From a bacterium (GTDB lineage Bacteria > Patescibacteriota > Microgenomatia > Levybacterales > UBA12049), in assembly GCA_021777565.1 (NCBI GenBank), contig JAJYDJ010000001.1, forward strand, positions 160,142-224,141: a DNA stretch of 64,000 nt. Reading direction: 5' to 3'. Positions 48,881 to 62,570 of this stretch are shown one piece after another. The number at the start of each line of letters is the position of its first letter. Within the stretch, counting starts at the first letter, position 1. A program made the position numbers and the translations under genes. The notes beneath the pieces were generated by a model that had not been told where the DNA came from, made no database searches, and saw nothing but the letters and a program-made list of their open reading frames with translations.

Positions 48881-49239
48881 CACGTAAACAGTTACAAATC
48901 CTTGTAGAACAAAGTTACACTGGACACAGTCTTGATGGTGCAAAAGTAGAACAACTGACTTCAAAGCTCTCACATAAAGATTTGCGTGGATATATAAGGC
49001 TTCTGAAAAAAAGAGAGCAAGAGCAGCAAGTTCACGTTGCCCTGCCAGTTGCTTCCGTGTATAATCAAAACGTAAATAAAGTATTGTTAGAGGTGTTTCC
49101 TGATAAGGAAATCTTGATCGAGGAAGATGCACTCCTCCTGTTAGGTGCAAAAATTACCGCAAATGACATGGTGTACGAGATGAGTTTGCGATCAAGACTC
49201 GAAGATTTTATTGAAAAGGTAGAACAATTGTATGACTAA
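48877..49239 (+). CDS. atpH: F0F1 ATP synthase subunit delta (short, 120 aa)
   Basis: Position between atpF and atpA; C-terminal LLGAKITANDMVYEMSLRSRLEDF resembles the delta/OSCP C-terminus. Confidence 0.65.
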   Translation: MTRKQLQILVEQSYTGHSLDGAKVEQLTSKLSHKDLRGYIRLLKKREQEQQVHVALPVASVYNQNVNKVLLEVFPDKEILIEEDALLLLGAKITANDMVYEMSLRSRLEDFIEKVEQLYD

Positions 49240-50776
49240 ATCAACAATCACCAGTGATGCTATTATCAAAAAACTTGAAGGTCGACTCACAGACTTTGGT
49301 ACTGATGCAAAGACCACCAACGTTGGTAGAATTGAAAAATTGGGTGATGAAGTTGTTGTTGCCAGTGGTTTGTCCAAAGCAGTCATGGGCGAAGAAGTTG
49401 AGTTTCAAGACGGCACTCTGGGACTTATTCTTGAATTAAACGAAGACACCGTTTCTATCGTACTTCTTGGAAAATCTACTATTCTCAAAGAAGGGGACAG
49501 CATCAAAACAACTGGTCGAATTCTTTCTGTTATCGCTGATGATAAACTTCTTGGACGCGTTGTAAATCCACTTGGTATACCGCTTGATGGTAAGGATGAA
49601 ATTAAAAAAGGAAAGCAAATGAGACTTGAAAGAGTCGCCGCTGGTGTTGTTGATCGTCAGAAGGTAGATACGCCTTTAAAGACAGGTATTAAAGCCGTTG
49701 ATGCACTGATCCCAATTGGTCGTGGACAGCGTGAATTGATCATTGGAGATCGAGGACTTGGTAAGACCGCGGTTGCCGTTGATACCATCATCAATCAAGC
49801 AAAACTCAACAAAACACTTTCGAAAAATCAAAAACGCGTACTGTGCGTGTATGTTGCGATCGGACAAAAACAATCCACAGTCGCACGTGTCATGCAGACA
49901 CTGCAAGAAGCAGGGGCACTGGAATACACGGTTATCGTCGCTGCCAACGCATCAGACAGTGCCGCACTGCAATATCTGGCACCGTATGCCGGTGTTGCTA
50001 TCGCAGAATACTTCATGGAAAAAGGTGAAGATGTGTTGATCATTTATGATGATTTGACCAAGCACGCTTTTGCCTATCGTCAGATCTCACTGGTTCTGAA
50101 GCGTCCAGCAGGTCGTGAAGCATATCCAGGTGACATTTTCTACCTCCACAGTATACTTTTGGAGCGCGCCGTTCGCATGAATGACAGACTCGGTGGTGGA
50201 TCAATTACAGCTCTTCCAGTTATTGAAACCCAAGCTGATGACATCTCCGCATACATCCCAACCAACGTTATTTCTATTACTGACGGACAGATCTTCTTGA
50301 AGAGTGATTTATTCAATTCCGGTATCAGACCAGCATTGGATGTAGGTAACTCAGTTTCTCGTGTCGGTGGAGATGCACAAACCAAAGCGATGAAATCGGT
50401 CGCAGGAAAGATCAAATTGGAACTCGCACAGTATCGTGAGCTCGCAGTCTTTGCTCAGTTTGGTTCAGAACTGGACGAATCAACTACACGACAACTTGAA
50501 AGAGGGAAGCGTTTGACAGAAATTCTCAAACAACCACAATACAATCCACTCCCAGAAGAGCTGGAAGTTGCGAGTATTTGGGTTGTTGCCAATGGGTATA
50601 CCGATGATATCCCGGTGAATGATTTGAGAGATTTTGAAGATAAATATCATGATTATCTAAAAGCTCACGCCAAAAAACTCTTGGAAACGCTTGCCACCGG
50701 CGCTAAATTGACCGATGAAACGAATGCCGAGTTACAAAAACAAACAGAAGCATTCAAAAAAGGATTCAAGAAATAA
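49232..50776 (+). CDS. atpA: F0F1 ATP synthase subunit alpha
   Basis: GDRGLGKTAV Walker A and alpha-subunit length. Confidence 0.95.
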   Translation: MTKSTITSDAIIKKLEGRLTDFGTDAKTTNVGRIEKLGDEVVVASGLSKAVMGEEVEFQDGTLGLILELNEDTVSIVLLGKSTILKEGDSIKTTGRILSVIADDKLLGRVVNPLGIPLDGKDEIKKGKQMRLERVAAGVVDRQKVDTPLKTGIKAVDALIPIGRGQRELIIGDRGLGKTAVAVDTIINQAKLNKTLSKNQKRVLCVYVAIGQKQSTVARVMQTLQEAGALEYTVIVAANASDSAALQYLAPYAGVAIAEYFMEKGEDVLIIYDDLTKHAFAYRQISLVLKRPAGREAYPGDIFYLHSILLERAVRMNDRLGGGSITALPVIETQADDISAYIPTNVISITDGQIFLKSDLFNSGIRPALDVGNSVSRVGGDAQTKAMKSVAGKIKLELAQYRELAVFAQFGSELDESTTRQLERGKRLTEILKQPQYNPLPEELEVASIWVVANGYTDDIPVNDLRDFEDKYHDYLKAHAKKLLETLATGAKLTDETNAELQKQTEAFKKGFKK

Positions 50777-50784
50777 TATAGACG

Positions 50785-53062
<2,278 letters not shown>

Positions 53063-53065
53063 TCC

Positions 53066-53473
53066 ATGACGCTGCACCTGACGATTACTACTCCTGATAG
53101 TGTCCTTATCGATGATGAGGTACAAGAAATTACTATTCCAACCACCAGTGGTGAAGTGACGATCCTTCCAGGTCATGCAGAATTGGTATCAGAGTTAAGC
53201 GATGGGGAAGTGACGGTGACCAGAAATGGCAAGCAAGATCATATTGCTTTGATTGGTGGATTTTTGCAGGTAAATCCAAAGGAAGTAACAATTCTTGCCA
53301 ACTATGCATCACATGGCAAAGATTTGACGCTGATTGAGATCGAGGAAGCCAAAAAGCGAGCTGAGAAGGCGATGCAAGAGCATGCGTCAAAAGAAGATTT
53401 TGCAATAGCTGAAGCAGCATTCAAGAAAGCAATTCTTGAATTGAAAGTCGCCAGAAAACAAAAAGCTTCATAA
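53066..53473 (+). CDS. atpC: F0F1 ATP synthase subunit epsilon
   Basis: Beta-sandwich plus C-terminal helical hairpin; last gene of the operon. Confidence 0.85.
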   Translation: MTLHLTITTPDSVLIDDEVQEITIPTTSGEVTILPGHAELVSELSDGEVTVTRNGKQDHIALIGGFLQVNPKEVTILANYASHGKDLTLIEIEEAKKRAEKAMQEHASKEDFAIAEAAFKKAILELKVARKQKAS

Positions 53474-53980
53474 TTCTTCTAGTGGTTCTATAGATATACG
53501 GTGTAACTTTTTCCCAACATACGTAAGTCGATAGTGATGTTGTCCTTTATTGGTAAGTGCATGTTTGAGAAAGTGAGGGACATTACTGACGACATCGGTA
53601 CGAGAGGTATCGGTAGCGATATGGGTTGGTTGCCACATGAGCCGACCTTCTCTTGTTTCTCTTTCTTGAAATCGATGCGTATCGGGTAAGGGAGTAGTGA
53701 GGTAAAGGTACATGCCACCTCTGACATGTTCCTCACCGAATTGTTGCTTGTTCCATGTGACAATTCCTTTTGATAAAACTTGGTCAGGAGCAAGTGATAT
53801 GCCAGTTTCTTCGTATACTTCTCGGATTACGGAATAAATGGGGGATTCACCCTCTTGTAATTTCCCTCCAACACCATTCCAGAGTCCTTGGTTAGGATGA
53901 TTACTGCGTAATAGCATCAAAACATGATCTTCAGATAGACAAAAACACACATTATAAGGAATTTGCAGTATCTCTTTCAT
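53468..53980 (-). CDS. NUDIX hydrolase
   Basis: Nudix box GGKLQEGESPIYSVIREVYEETGI. Confidence 0.85.
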   Translation of the reverse strand: MKEILQIPYNVCFCLSEDHVLMLLRSNHPNQGLWNGVGGKLQEGESPIYSVIREVYEETGISLAPDQVLSKGIVTWNKQQFGEEHVRGGMYLYLTTPLPDTHRFQERETREGRLMWQPTHIATDTSRTDVVSNVPHFLKHALTNKGQHHYRLTYVGKKLHRISIEPLEEL

Positions 53981-54011
53981 GGCCTTAGTATAATGTGATT
54001 AACGTAGGGAA

Positions 54012-54959
54012 TCAATGTAAGATTTCTTCAACCAATTTAATTGCTGCGTCACTACTTTGGGTCAGCATGAATTGTTCACGAAGTTTGCTTGCGCCATCAA
54101 ATCCGTTGAGATAAATTTTGAAGTACTTTTTCAGTACTTGAAATGGTTTTTGTCCTTGCCAAGTTTTGTCAAAAAGTTCTACATGCTCTTTCAGTAGTGT
54201 TAGACGATCAGAGAGAGATTTATCTTTTTCTTCTGAGTACAGCCAAGGGTCATGAAAAATTCCACGACCGATCATGATGCCATCACATCCGTAGGTTGCT
54301 ACTTTTTCCCTGATTTCACTCAGTGACATCACGTCCCCATTGCCAATAATTTTTGTTGTTGGGGAGATTTTATTCCTCATCTCAACAATTTTTGTCATCT
54401 CATCCCAATGAGCGGGGACAGCTGATTGTTCGGCAATGGTTCTCAAATGCATGGTAAGCGCAGGGAGATGTTGCTCGAGCAAAAACCTTATCCAACTTTC
54501 TGTCTGTATCGTTTTGTTCCCAAGACGTGTCTTAATGGTTACAGGTAAATCTCCTGCGCCTTCACGAGTGGCCTGCAATATCTCTTTCACATGATCAGTG
54601 CGTCCGATGCAGCCTCCACCAGCCCCTTGCTTGACCACATCTTTGACTGGACAACCCATATTGATATCGATGCCGTTAAATCCCATCTGGACTATCTTCT
54701 CAGCAGCTTGACGAAACTTCTCAGGATCATTACCCCAAATTTGGGCTATCAAAGGCTTCTCTTCGGGAATAAATTTGAGTCGCTGCGCTACTTTTTCACT
54801 CCCAAGCGGGGAGAGGAGGCCATCAATGTTGGTAAACTCCGTAAAAAAGAGTTGTGGTCTACCTGTTCTTAATATAATTTGTCGAAAGACAGTATCAGTA
54901 ACATCCTCCATAGGAGCGAGAACGGTGATGGGTGATGAGAGAGTGTTCCAGATATTCAT
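54012..54959 (-). CDS. dus: tRNA-dihydrouridine synthase
   Basis: VLAPMEDVTD, IDINMGCP, catalytic Cys region, TIM-barrel length. Confidence 0.9.
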   Translation of the reverse strand: MNIWNTLSSPITVLAPMEDVTDTVFRQIILRTGRPQLFFTEFTNIDGLLSPLGSEKVAQRLKFIPEEKPLIAQIWGNDPEKFRQAAEKIVQMGFNGIDINMGCPVKDVVKQGAGGGCIGRTDHVKEILQATREGAGDLPVTIKTRLGNKTIQTESWIRFLLEQHLPALTMHLRTIAEQSAVPAHWDEMTKIVEMRNKISPTTKIIGNGDVMSLSEIREKVATYGCDGIMIGRGIFHDPWLYSEEKDKSLSDRLTLLKEHVELFDKTWQGQKPFQVLKKYFKIYLNGFDGASKLREQFMLTQSSDAAIKLVEEILH

Positions 54960-54983
54960 GAAGTGAGTATAGCAAAATTATGT

Positions 54984-55925
54984 TTAATACTGGGTGGCTG
55001 GTCTATATACGGGAACATTTGGCTTGTTCTCCTGCATCTCTTCCACCTTGTGTTGTCCAACTCGAGCTGCTCTATGAGCAAACCCACTAATAACCCCAAA
55101 TCCACCTGCCCCAATTGCAAGGACAAGTGCCCACCCATTTGTCCCGACAGTTGCAACCACAAGTCCGAGCGTTTTAAGAACACCTGCGCTGATAGCAAGG
55201 CCACCTCCTAATATACCTGCACGGGTACGAACACCACGATTATCTTGTACATCTTGTTGACTTTGTTGCAGCTCACGTTGGTAGACTGTCATAGTTTGCT
55301 CACCGGCACTGAGCGCATCTAATGCCTTATCGCTTGCCATGATAAGGAGAGCATATTGTATGACCGCCAAGGTCGCTCGTGCGACATCGGTACGGCCTTC
55401 GGTAATTATCGCCGCAATTTCTCGCTGCCAAAGCTCTCGTTCTATTCTGAGTACTTCTGCACCAACAGGATCATTTGTTTGTTCACCTGTCTGTCCTGCA
55501 TGGAGTGCACTTCTTTGATATTCAATGCCTTGCGTAAGCAGACGATCACTCCCATAAGCATCTACTGCATCACTTGCAACACGTCTCACTTGGCCTAGGA
55601 GAGTCATATCTTCTTCGTCAGTTCGAGAAAATCTATCGGCGAGTGTTGCTCGGCGTTCGCGACGTGCATCTAACTCGTCATCAATTGCTTGCACATACTC
55701 ACTATTTGGACGCCAAAAATTTAGGCCCCTTTCTACCTGCAAGTCTCTATCAGAACGATCACCGAATCGTGTTTGTTCTGCTGGGATGGCTGGAACATGC
55801 GTGTGAATAACTTGCAATGCTCGTGGAGTAGTTACTTCAGCTTGGTCTGGTTCATGAGGTGTAGTAACTGCCTGCAGTGCACCAAGTGCAGCCACAAAAT
55901 CGCCTTCAGTCATGAGGTGTGCCAT
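54984..55925 (-). CDS. hypothetical helical protein with C-terminal glycine-zipper membrane hairpin
   Basis: About 240 aa of charged helical sequence, then GILGGGLAISAGVLKTLGLVVATVGTNGWALVLAIGAGGFGVISGF; start placed at MAHLMTEGD. Confidence 0.45.
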   Translation of the reverse strand: MAHLMTEGDFVAALGALQAVTTPHEPDQAEVTTPRALQVIHTHVPAIPAEQTRFGDRSDRDLQVERGLNFWRPNSEYVQAIDDELDARRERRATLADRFSRTDEEDMTLLGQVRRVASDAVDAYGSDRLLTQGIEYQRSALHAGQTGEQTNDPVGAEVLRIERELWQREIAAIITEGRTDVARATLAVIQYALLIMASDKALDALSAGEQTMTVYQRELQQSQQDVQDNRGVRTRAGILGGGLAISAGVLKTLGLVVATVGTNGWALVLAIGAGGFGVISGFAHRAARVGQHKVEEMQENKPNVPVYRPATQY

Positions 55926-56025
55926 ATCGACCTGTATTATACATCTGCTGTCAAAGTGTTGCCACATTCAAGACAACAAATTTCTGACTCTCGCCTGAAA
56001 ATTTATTTGGCAGTAGAATAAAACT

Positions 56026-57702
56026 ATGTATCAGTTACTGCGGAATACGTATGTGTGGTTATTTCTGATTTTTCTTCTCGGGGCGACAGTACGTTTTATT
56101 CATATCGATCAAATCCCGGTTTCTTTGTACTGGGACGAGACAGCAATAGGATATAACGCCTATTCCATTCTGCATACCGGTAAGGATGAGTATGGAGCAG
56201 TGATGCCTGTGTTGTTCCGCTCATTCAATGACTATAAATTAGGAGGGTATATCTACCTTACTGTTATCCCTGTTCTGCTCTTTGGTTTGAGTGAAGTTGC
56301 GGTTCGATTCTGGTCGGCATTCTTTGGCAGTATCAGTGTTTTCTTAATGTATCTATTTGCTTTGCAGGTGTTGTCCTTTACCAAAGTACCAGAAAAGAGT
56401 CATCGCTTTGTTGCGCTCATTGCTTCTTTACTTCTTGCCATCTCACCCTGGCTCATAAATTTCTCACGTGTTGGATTTGAGGCGAATGTAGGGGCATGTG
56501 TGATCGTCGGCAGTATCAGTATATTTTTGTACTATCTGCGATCTCAAAAAATACGATGGTATCTTGTAAGCACATTACTTTGTGTGGCAAGCATCTATTT
56601 TTATCGAAGTGAGTGGGTGTTTGTTCCAATGATTTTTCTTTTTGCGCATCTGCTTTTCTGGCGTGAAATCCATAAAAAGATAGTGTTACTCTATGCATTT
56701 GTGATATTTCTTGTGTTATCGTTGCCACTTGTGATAGCTGTGAGGAGTGAGTCACTTTCTGATCGCTCACTGCAGGTAACTTTTTTACAACAAGATGTGG
56801 ACAAGCTCAATTATGACCTTGCTCAAAATAGACTGAAGTTTAAAATGGTAGGAGGAGACATTATTTTTAATAGACGGTTATTGCGCGTATATCAGCTGGG
56901 ACAAAACTATGTGAGCAATCTCTCCCCACAGTATTTGTTTATCAGTGGTGATCCTGAGATACGACATGGCGCAAGGGGACTAGGGGTCTTGTATTGGATT
57001 GATGAGCCACTGCTTTTGGCGGGTCTGTGGTTTCTCCTCACACAGAGGTCAAAGGGTTGCTGGCTTTTACTGGGGTGGGTACTCCTGGCCATTATACCAG
57101 CGGCTATTGCGCTGCCAAATCCTCATGCTCTTCGTAGTTTGCCTGCCGCATGGGGATATCTCATGAGTATTGCTCTTGGTATCTGGTGGGTGAGTGAGAG
57201 GTTCACCAAGCGCACATGGATTGTTCTTGGTTTGATCGGGATTGGATATCTGGGGTGTTTTCTTTTCTTTCTGTATCAGTATTTTGTCGTCACCCCACCA
57301 CTGGCAGCATACAATTTTGGTGACGGGTATAAACAATTGCACGCCTATCTTCAGTCTCAAAAAGGATATGACAAATTCATCATCTCTGGTGAGTACTGGA
57401 AACCCTATATCTACTTTCTTTTTTACGATCGCTATGATCCGTCGCTGTATCAAAAAACAGGCAGTGAATCAGGATATGGCAAGTATCTATTTGGCCCAAC
57501 AGGGTGGGATCAGGTAGATGCGAAGATGGCGGGATTGAGTAATGTGAATCTTTCAAGCTATGCGGGGACAAATAAGGTACTGGTGGCACTTTCCCCAAAA
57601 GAATATCACTTCCAGAGAGAAAAGTATGGAGTCTCTGATGCGATTCATGTGATTTACAACCACGCGGGATATCCCATGTTTTATATTGCCAGGCCTTGGT
57701 AA
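56026..57702 (+). CDS. GT-C-fold glycosyltransferase of the PMT_2/ArnT (COG1807, GT39/GT83-like) family
   Basis: About 11 TM helices, first-loop [23 protein letters not shown] (DE motif), C-terminal soluble domain. Confidence 0.7.
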   Translation: MYQLLRNTYVWLFLIFLLGATVRFIHIDQIPVSLYWDETAIGYNAYSILHTGKDEYGAVMPVLFRSFNDYKLGGYIYLTVIPVLLFGLSEVAVRFWSAFFGSISVFLMYLFALQVLSFTKVPEKSHRFVALIASLLLAISPWLINFSRVGFEANVGACVIVGSISIFLYYLRSQKIRWYLVSTLLCVASIYFYRSEWVFVPMIFLFAHLLFWREIHKKIVLLYAFVIFLVLSLPLVIAVRSESLSDRSLQVTFLQQDVDKLNYDLAQNRLKFKMVGGDIIFNRRLLRVYQLGQNYVSNLSPQYLFISGDPEIRHGARGLGVLYWIDEPLLLAGLWFLLTQRSKGCWLLLGWVLLAIIPAAIALPNPHALRSLPAAWGYLMSIALGIWWVSERFTKRTWIVLGLIGIGYLGCFLFFLYQYFVVTPPLAAYNFGDGYKQLHAYLQSQKGYDKFIISGEYWKPYIYFLFYDRYDPSLYQKTGSESGYGKYLFGPTGWDQVDAKMAGLSNVNLSSYAGTNKVLVALSPKEYHFQREKYGVSDAIHVIYNHAGYPMFYIARPW

Positions 57703-57718
57703 AAGACTTCCCTCTGTA

Positions 57719-57727
57719 TGGTATAAT
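57719..57727 (+). promoter_or_regulatory. extended -10 promoter for uvrA
   Basis: TGgTATAAT about 50 nt upstream of the uvrA ATG. Confidence 0.4.
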
Positions 57728-57751
57728 GGGAACACGCAGACTATGCGTTCC
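57728..57751 (+). promoter_or_regulatory. imperfect palindrome in the uvrA leader (candidate operator)
   Basis: GGGAACACGCA-GACTA-TGCGTTCC directly downstream of the -10; does not match a canonical Cheo or LexA box. Confidence 0.2.
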
Positions 57752-57776
57752 TCCGAAAGGGGCTTTTGTCGTGTCT

Positions 57777-60716
57777 ATGAATGAAAAAATCATCATTAAA
57801 GGAGCCAGAGAGCACAATCTTAAAAATATCGATCTGGAAATCCCTAAAAATAAGCTGGTTGTTTTTACCGGTCTCTCCGGTAGTGGTAAATCCAGTCTCG
57901 CTTTTGACACTATCTACGCTGAGGGACAACGTCGATATGTTGAGAGTTTGTCATCCTATGCAAGACAGTTTTTGGGGGTAATGAAAAAGCCTGATGTTGA
58001 TTTGATAGAAGGACTTTCTCCGGCAATCTCCATTGACCAAAAAGGAACGTCACATAACCCTCGATCTACTGTCGGTACGGTTACTGAAATTTATGATTAT
58101 CTGCGTCTTTTGTTCGCTCGTGTCGGCCATCCTCATTGTCCTGTGTGTGGACGGGAGATCTCTCATTTAAGTAAAGAACAAATTGTCGATGCCATTTTAA
58201 AAATGCCTGAAGACCCTGATAGAATTTTGCGCGAGATGGGAAATGCAGAAGAGTCAGATCTCATGGTCCCTAAAAAAGAGCTACGTGTATTGATCCTGGC
58301 AACACTGGTCAAAGACAGAAAAGGGGAGTACTCAGAATTATTTAAAGACCTCAAAAAACGCGGATATTCTAAAGTACGTATTGATGGAAGCGTGTACATG
58401 ATCGATGATGTTCCTGTTTTGATTAAAACGAACAAGCATACTATCGATGCAGTCATTGATAGTATGGTACTCTCCAAAGATACTGACAGGCTGCGTCTGA
58501 TGAGTAGTGTGGAGCAAGCATTAAAACTTGGTAATGGAGAACTTCGCGTTGGGGTCATTCGCGATAAAGGATTTAGTATGCCACCACTTCCTAAAGAGAT
58601 TGAGGATGAGCTGTTTAGTGAAAAATTTGCTTGTCCAGTTGATAATGTTTCAATCCCAGAAATTGAGCCACGTATGTTTTCATTTAACACACCACATGGT
58701 GCATGTCCAACGTGTAGTGGACTTGGTGTTTTGTTATCAGTCGATCCGGCACTAGTTTTAAATAAAAATCTTTCTATCAATGAAGGTGGCATTATGCCAT
58801 TTTCAACTGCTTTGAAATTTGATAGTTGGTTTAGTCGAACCCTTAAAACCTTCTGTGATGAAAATAGTATCTCAATGAATGCCTACATCGGTGAAATTCC
58901 TGAGGATAAATTACAACTGTTGCTTTTTGGGACAGGAGAGAAACAGTACGAAGTGATTGGAGAAAACCGCTGGGGGAGAACGACCGCCATTCATGAAACT
59001 TTTCATGGAGTTTTGGAAGAAGTGAAACGACGATATGAATCAACCGAGTCAATGTTTATGAAAACACAGATTGAAAAGTTCATGCGCTATGAAACTTGTC
59101 CCACCTGTGATGGCAGTCGACTCAAAAAAGAAGCATTGTCTATCACTATTGATCACATATCTATTCGAGATGTCTCAGATATGTCCATTGAAAAAGCACT
59201 CGCGTTTATTGATACATTACCAGGCAAACTCTCAGATCGAGAAGGACAAATTGGACGATTGGTGCTTAAAGAAATTCGTGAACGTCTGCACTTTTTAGTT
59301 AACGTCGGCCTTGATTATCTTGCTCTGGCACGAAATGCCAACACACTTGCTGGGGGAGAAGCACAACGTATCCGTCTGGCATCCCAAATCGGAAGCGGAC
59401 TGACTGGTGTGTTATATGTGCTTGATGAACCATCTATCGGTCTGCATCCAAAAGATAACACCAAGCTTATTGAGACCCTCAAAAGACTTCGCGATCTTGG
59501 CAATACCGTTTTGGTAGTCGAGCATGATCAGGAGACTATGGAAGAGGCAGATTATATTTATGACTTTGGTCCTGCAGCAGGAGTCCATGGTGGGTCGGTC
59601 GTTGCCTCTGGTACGCCATCTGAGCTGATGCAAAATCCTTCTTCAGTCACTGGACCATATCTTTCTGGAAAGAAAAAAATTCATATTGCCAAGACGCAGC
59701 CAATTTTGCAGGAAGAGGAGCGAGCACTCACCATTCATGGGGCCAAAGAACATAACTTGAAAAATATCACGGTATCATTCCCACTCAATAAATTAACCGT
59801 TGTTACCGGTGCCTCGGGCAGTGGGAAATCAACTCTGGTTACAGATATTTTAGATAGAGCGCTGCATGCCAAGATGGGCGAGGGAAGTGACAGGGAAAAA
59901 CCAGGGAATTTTGAAGGCATGACAGGAGATGAATTTATCAAACATGTCTTTACTATCGATCAGTCACCAATTGGAAGGACACCACGCAGTAATCCTGCTA
60001 CCTACACGGGTATTTTTACTTATATCCGTGATATCTTTGCCAATACCCGTGAGTCCAAAGTTCGTGGTTACGGACAAGGAAGATTTTCATTCAACGTCAA
60101 AGGTGGGCGTTGTGAAGCATGCCAGGGAGAAGGACAAATTAAAATTGAAATGCAATTTTTGCCAGATGTTTATGTGCCCTGTGAGGTGTGTGGTGGGACG
60201 CAGTATTCACGAGACGTACTTGAGATTGCTTTTAATAGCAAAAACATTGCTGAAGTATTGCAAATGACTGTTGCTGAGGCATTACAATTTTTCTCATTCC
60301 ATCCAGCACTTTCACATAAATTGCAGACCCTCAACGATGTTGGGCTTTCTTATATCAAACTTGGGCAACCAGCCCCTACACTTTCTGGTGGAGAGGCACA
60401 GCGTGTCAAACTTGCCACAGAGCTTTCCAAACGAGGTCGTGATGCGCTCTATATTCTTGACGAGCCTACCACCGGACTTCATTTTGCTGATCTTGAGAAA
60501 CTGTTACAAGTACTTCGTAAATTGGTAGATGCAGGCAATACCGTGGTCGTGATTGAGCATAACCTAGATGTTATTAAAAATGCGGATCATATTATTGATC
60601 TTGGTCCTGAAGGTGGCGACAAAGGTGGAGAGATTGTGGTAGAAGGCACGCCAGAACAGGTAGCCAAACATCCGACCAGTTATACAGGGAAATTCTTGAA
60701 AAAAACGCTCGCCTAA
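57777..60716 (+). CDS. uvrA: excinuclease ABC subunit A
   Basis: Two ABC modules ([25 protein letters not shown]), Zn-finger Cys clusters; start placed at [18 protein letters not shown]. Confidence 0.95.
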   Translation: MNEKIIIKGAREHNLKNIDLEIPKNKLVVFTGLSGSGKSSLAFDTIYAEGQRRYVESLSSYARQFLGVMKKPDVDLIEGLSPAISIDQKGTSHNPRSTVGTVTEIYDYLRLLFARVGHPHCPVCGREISHLSKEQIVDAILKMPEDPDRILREMGNAEESDLMVPKKELRVLILATLVKDRKGEYSELFKDLKKRGYSKVRIDGSVYMIDDVPVLIKTNKHTIDAVIDSMVLSKDTDRLRLMSSVEQALKLGNGELRVGVIRDKGFSMPPLPKEIEDELFSEKFACPVDNVSIPEIEPRMFSFNTPHGACPTCSGLGVLLSVDPALVLNKNLSINEGGIMPFSTALKFDSWFSRTLKTFCDENSISMNAYIGEIPEDKLQLLLFGTGEKQYEVIGENRWGRTTAIHETFHGVLEEVKRRYESTESMFMKTQIEKFMRYETCPTCDGSRLKKEALSITIDHISIRDVSDMSIEKALAFIDTLPGKLSDREGQIGRLVLKEIRERLHFLVNVGLDYLALARNANTLAGGEAQRIRLASQIGSGLTGVLYVLDEPSIGLHPKDNTKLIETLKRLRDLGNTVLVVEHDQETMEEADYIYDFGPAAGVHGGSVVASGTPSELMQNPSSVTGPYLSGKKKIHIAKTQPILQEEERALTIHGAKEHNLKNITVSFPLNKLTVVTGASGSGKSTLVTDILDRALHAKMGEGSDREKPGNFEGMTGDEFIKHVFTIDQSPIGRTPRSNPATYTGIFTYIRDIFANTRESKVRGYGQGRFSFNVKGGRCEACQGEGQIKIEMQFLPDVYVPCEVCGGTQYSRDVLEIAFNSKNIAEVLQMTVAEALQFFSFHPALSHKLQTLNDVGLSYIKLGQPAPTLSGGEAQRVKLATELSKRGRDALYILDEPTTGLHFADLEKLLQVLRKLVDAGNTVVVIEHNLDVIKNADHIIDLGPEGGDKGGEIVVEGTPEQVAKHPTSYTGKFLKKTLA

Positions 60717-60764
60717 TGGTTCTTCTGGTTGTCACTCACTGGTGAATTCTTATATACTGACAGC

Positions 60765-62570
60765 ATGAGAAAAATCCTCTCGATTTTGGGGTTTCTGGTC
60801 TTTTCTCTTCTTTGTGTTCCACTCGTTCATGCCGATAACAACTTTGATACAGCATTTGATGTGACTTACACCGCAAATACACAAGGGAATACTCATGTTG
60901 TTTTTCAGGGGACCCTCACCAATACGACAGATAAATATTATGCGTCGTCCTACAGTATTACTACTGGTTTTACGGATGCACAGAATATCACTGCGCGCGA
61001 TGACGATGGCAGTATCACCCCAGATGTCACCACCCCAGATGGTAAAACACGCATATCACTCAATTTTAAGCATAAAGCCTTGGGACTTAATAGTGCAGTT
61101 CATTTTACCATTAGCTTTGACACTGCAAGTGTGACAACACGAGTGGGGAACGTGTGGGAAGTCGCAGTGCCTGGGATCGCCGACCAGGGCACATTTAGTG
61201 CATTTACCGTGCATGTTAATGTCCCAAGCAGTTTTGGCACATTAGCACTGAGTAAACCTATCGCGAGTGGTGGTCTTACTTTTACCAAAGATCAACTTGG
61301 GGATGGAGGAGTCTTTCTCGTTTTTGGAGATGCACAGCAGTTTAATTTCACCCTGAACTATCACATTAAGAATGATAATGTCTTCCCGGTGAAAACAGAT
61401 ATCGCCCTTCCACCCGACACGTCTTATCAAAAAGTCTCTTTGGACTCACTCGATCCAAAACCAGAAAATGTTTTTAAAGATGCAGATGGCAACTATATGG
61501 CGCGGTATTTTCTCCTCCCAGGGCAACGCACAACTGTTGTTGCAAAAGGAAGCGTGTTGTTGCAGCTCTCACCGCGTAAGGAAACCCTAACAGCAGATGC
61601 CAAACAGCAATATCTTGCATCACAAAAATACTGGGAAGTAGGGGATCCCCACATTCAAGATTTGGCACATCAGCTCAAAACGCCTGAAGCAATCTATAAT
61701 TACGTCGTTACTCATCTGACCTATGATTTTTCTCGTGTTACTACCAGCCAACAACGTCTTGGTGCTTCCTACATTTTAGATCACCCAAGCAATGCGGTTT
61801 GTCTTGAATTTACCGATCTTTTCGTAACGCTTGCGCGCGCAGCTGGCATACCTGCTCGTGAAGTGGACGGGTTTGCCTATACCCAGAACAGTCGAGAGCG
61901 TCCATTGTCTCTGGTGCAAGATATTTTGCACGCATGGCCTGAGTATTATGACGAAAGTAAAGGTGCATGGGTGATGGTAGATCCGACATGGGGAAATACG
62001 ACCCATGGCATTGATTACTTCAATACGTTTGATTTTGATCATGTCGCGTTTGTGGTAAAAGGCTTGGATTCTCAGTATCCTGTCCCTGCCGGGGGATACA
62101 AATTTGATGACAATTCAAAAGATGTCGACGTTGTTCCTTCGGTTATCACCACAGAGCAGCCAGCACAAGCGACGTTTGACCTAGCAGGGTCACAACAACT
62201 GCTCCCATGGCTTCCCATTCATGCTACACTCACTATTACGAACCTCGGGCCTGGCTTTATCTCTGGGAGAGATGTTCATTTCACGAGCTCACTGTCTAAA
62301 ATTTCACCTGATACCATCTCACTTCCTGATATCCCACCATTTGGCAAACAGACAATGGCGGTAGAAATCTCTCATCAGCCTATTTTGACAAAGCAAACCA
62401 TACCCATTACAATCCAGTTTGGGAGTATCTCGGTGGATAAGCAGCTTACTATCTATCCTATTGATCCATCCCAAATGCCAATTGTGTATGCAGGAGTCTC
62501 ACTTTTCATTGCCATCATCATCATATGGATCATTGCCGCAAAAGCCAGGCGTGTACGTGTATCACGATAA
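60765..62570 (+). CDS. secreted transglutaminase-like (cysteine-protease-fold) protein with C-terminal TM anchor
   Basis: Signal peptide; core triad context NAVCLEFTDLF...HAWPEYY...WVMVDPTWG; C-terminal hydrophobic helix plus KARRVRVSR. Confidence 0.55.
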   Translation: MRKILSILGFLVFSLLCVPLVHADNNFDTAFDVTYTANTQGNTHVVFQGTLTNTTDKYYASSYSITTGFTDAQNITARDDDGSITPDVTTPDGKTRISLNFKHKALGLNSAVHFTISFDTASVTTRVGNVWEVAVPGIADQGTFSAFTVHVNVPSSFGTLALSKPIASGGLTFTKDQLGDGGVFLVFGDAQQFNFTLNYHIKNDNVFPVKTDIALPPDTSYQKVSLDSLDPKPENVFKDADGNYMARYFLLPGQRTTVVAKGSVLLQLSPRKETLTADAKQQYLASQKYWEVGDPHIQDLAHQLKTPEAIYNYVVTHLTYDFSRVTTSQQRLGASYILDHPSNAVCLEFTDLFVTLARAAGIPAREVDGFAYTQNSRERPLSLVQDILHAWPEYYDESKGAWVMVDPTWGNTTHGIDYFNTFDFDHVAFVVKGLDSQYPVPAGGYKFDDNSKDVDVVPSVITTEQPAQATFDLAGSQQLLPWLPIHATLTITNLGPGFISGRDVHFTSSLSKISPDTISLPDIPPFGKQTMAVEISHQPILTKQTIPITIQFGSISVDKQLTIYPIDPSQMPIVYAGVSLFIAIIIIWIIAAKARRVRVSR

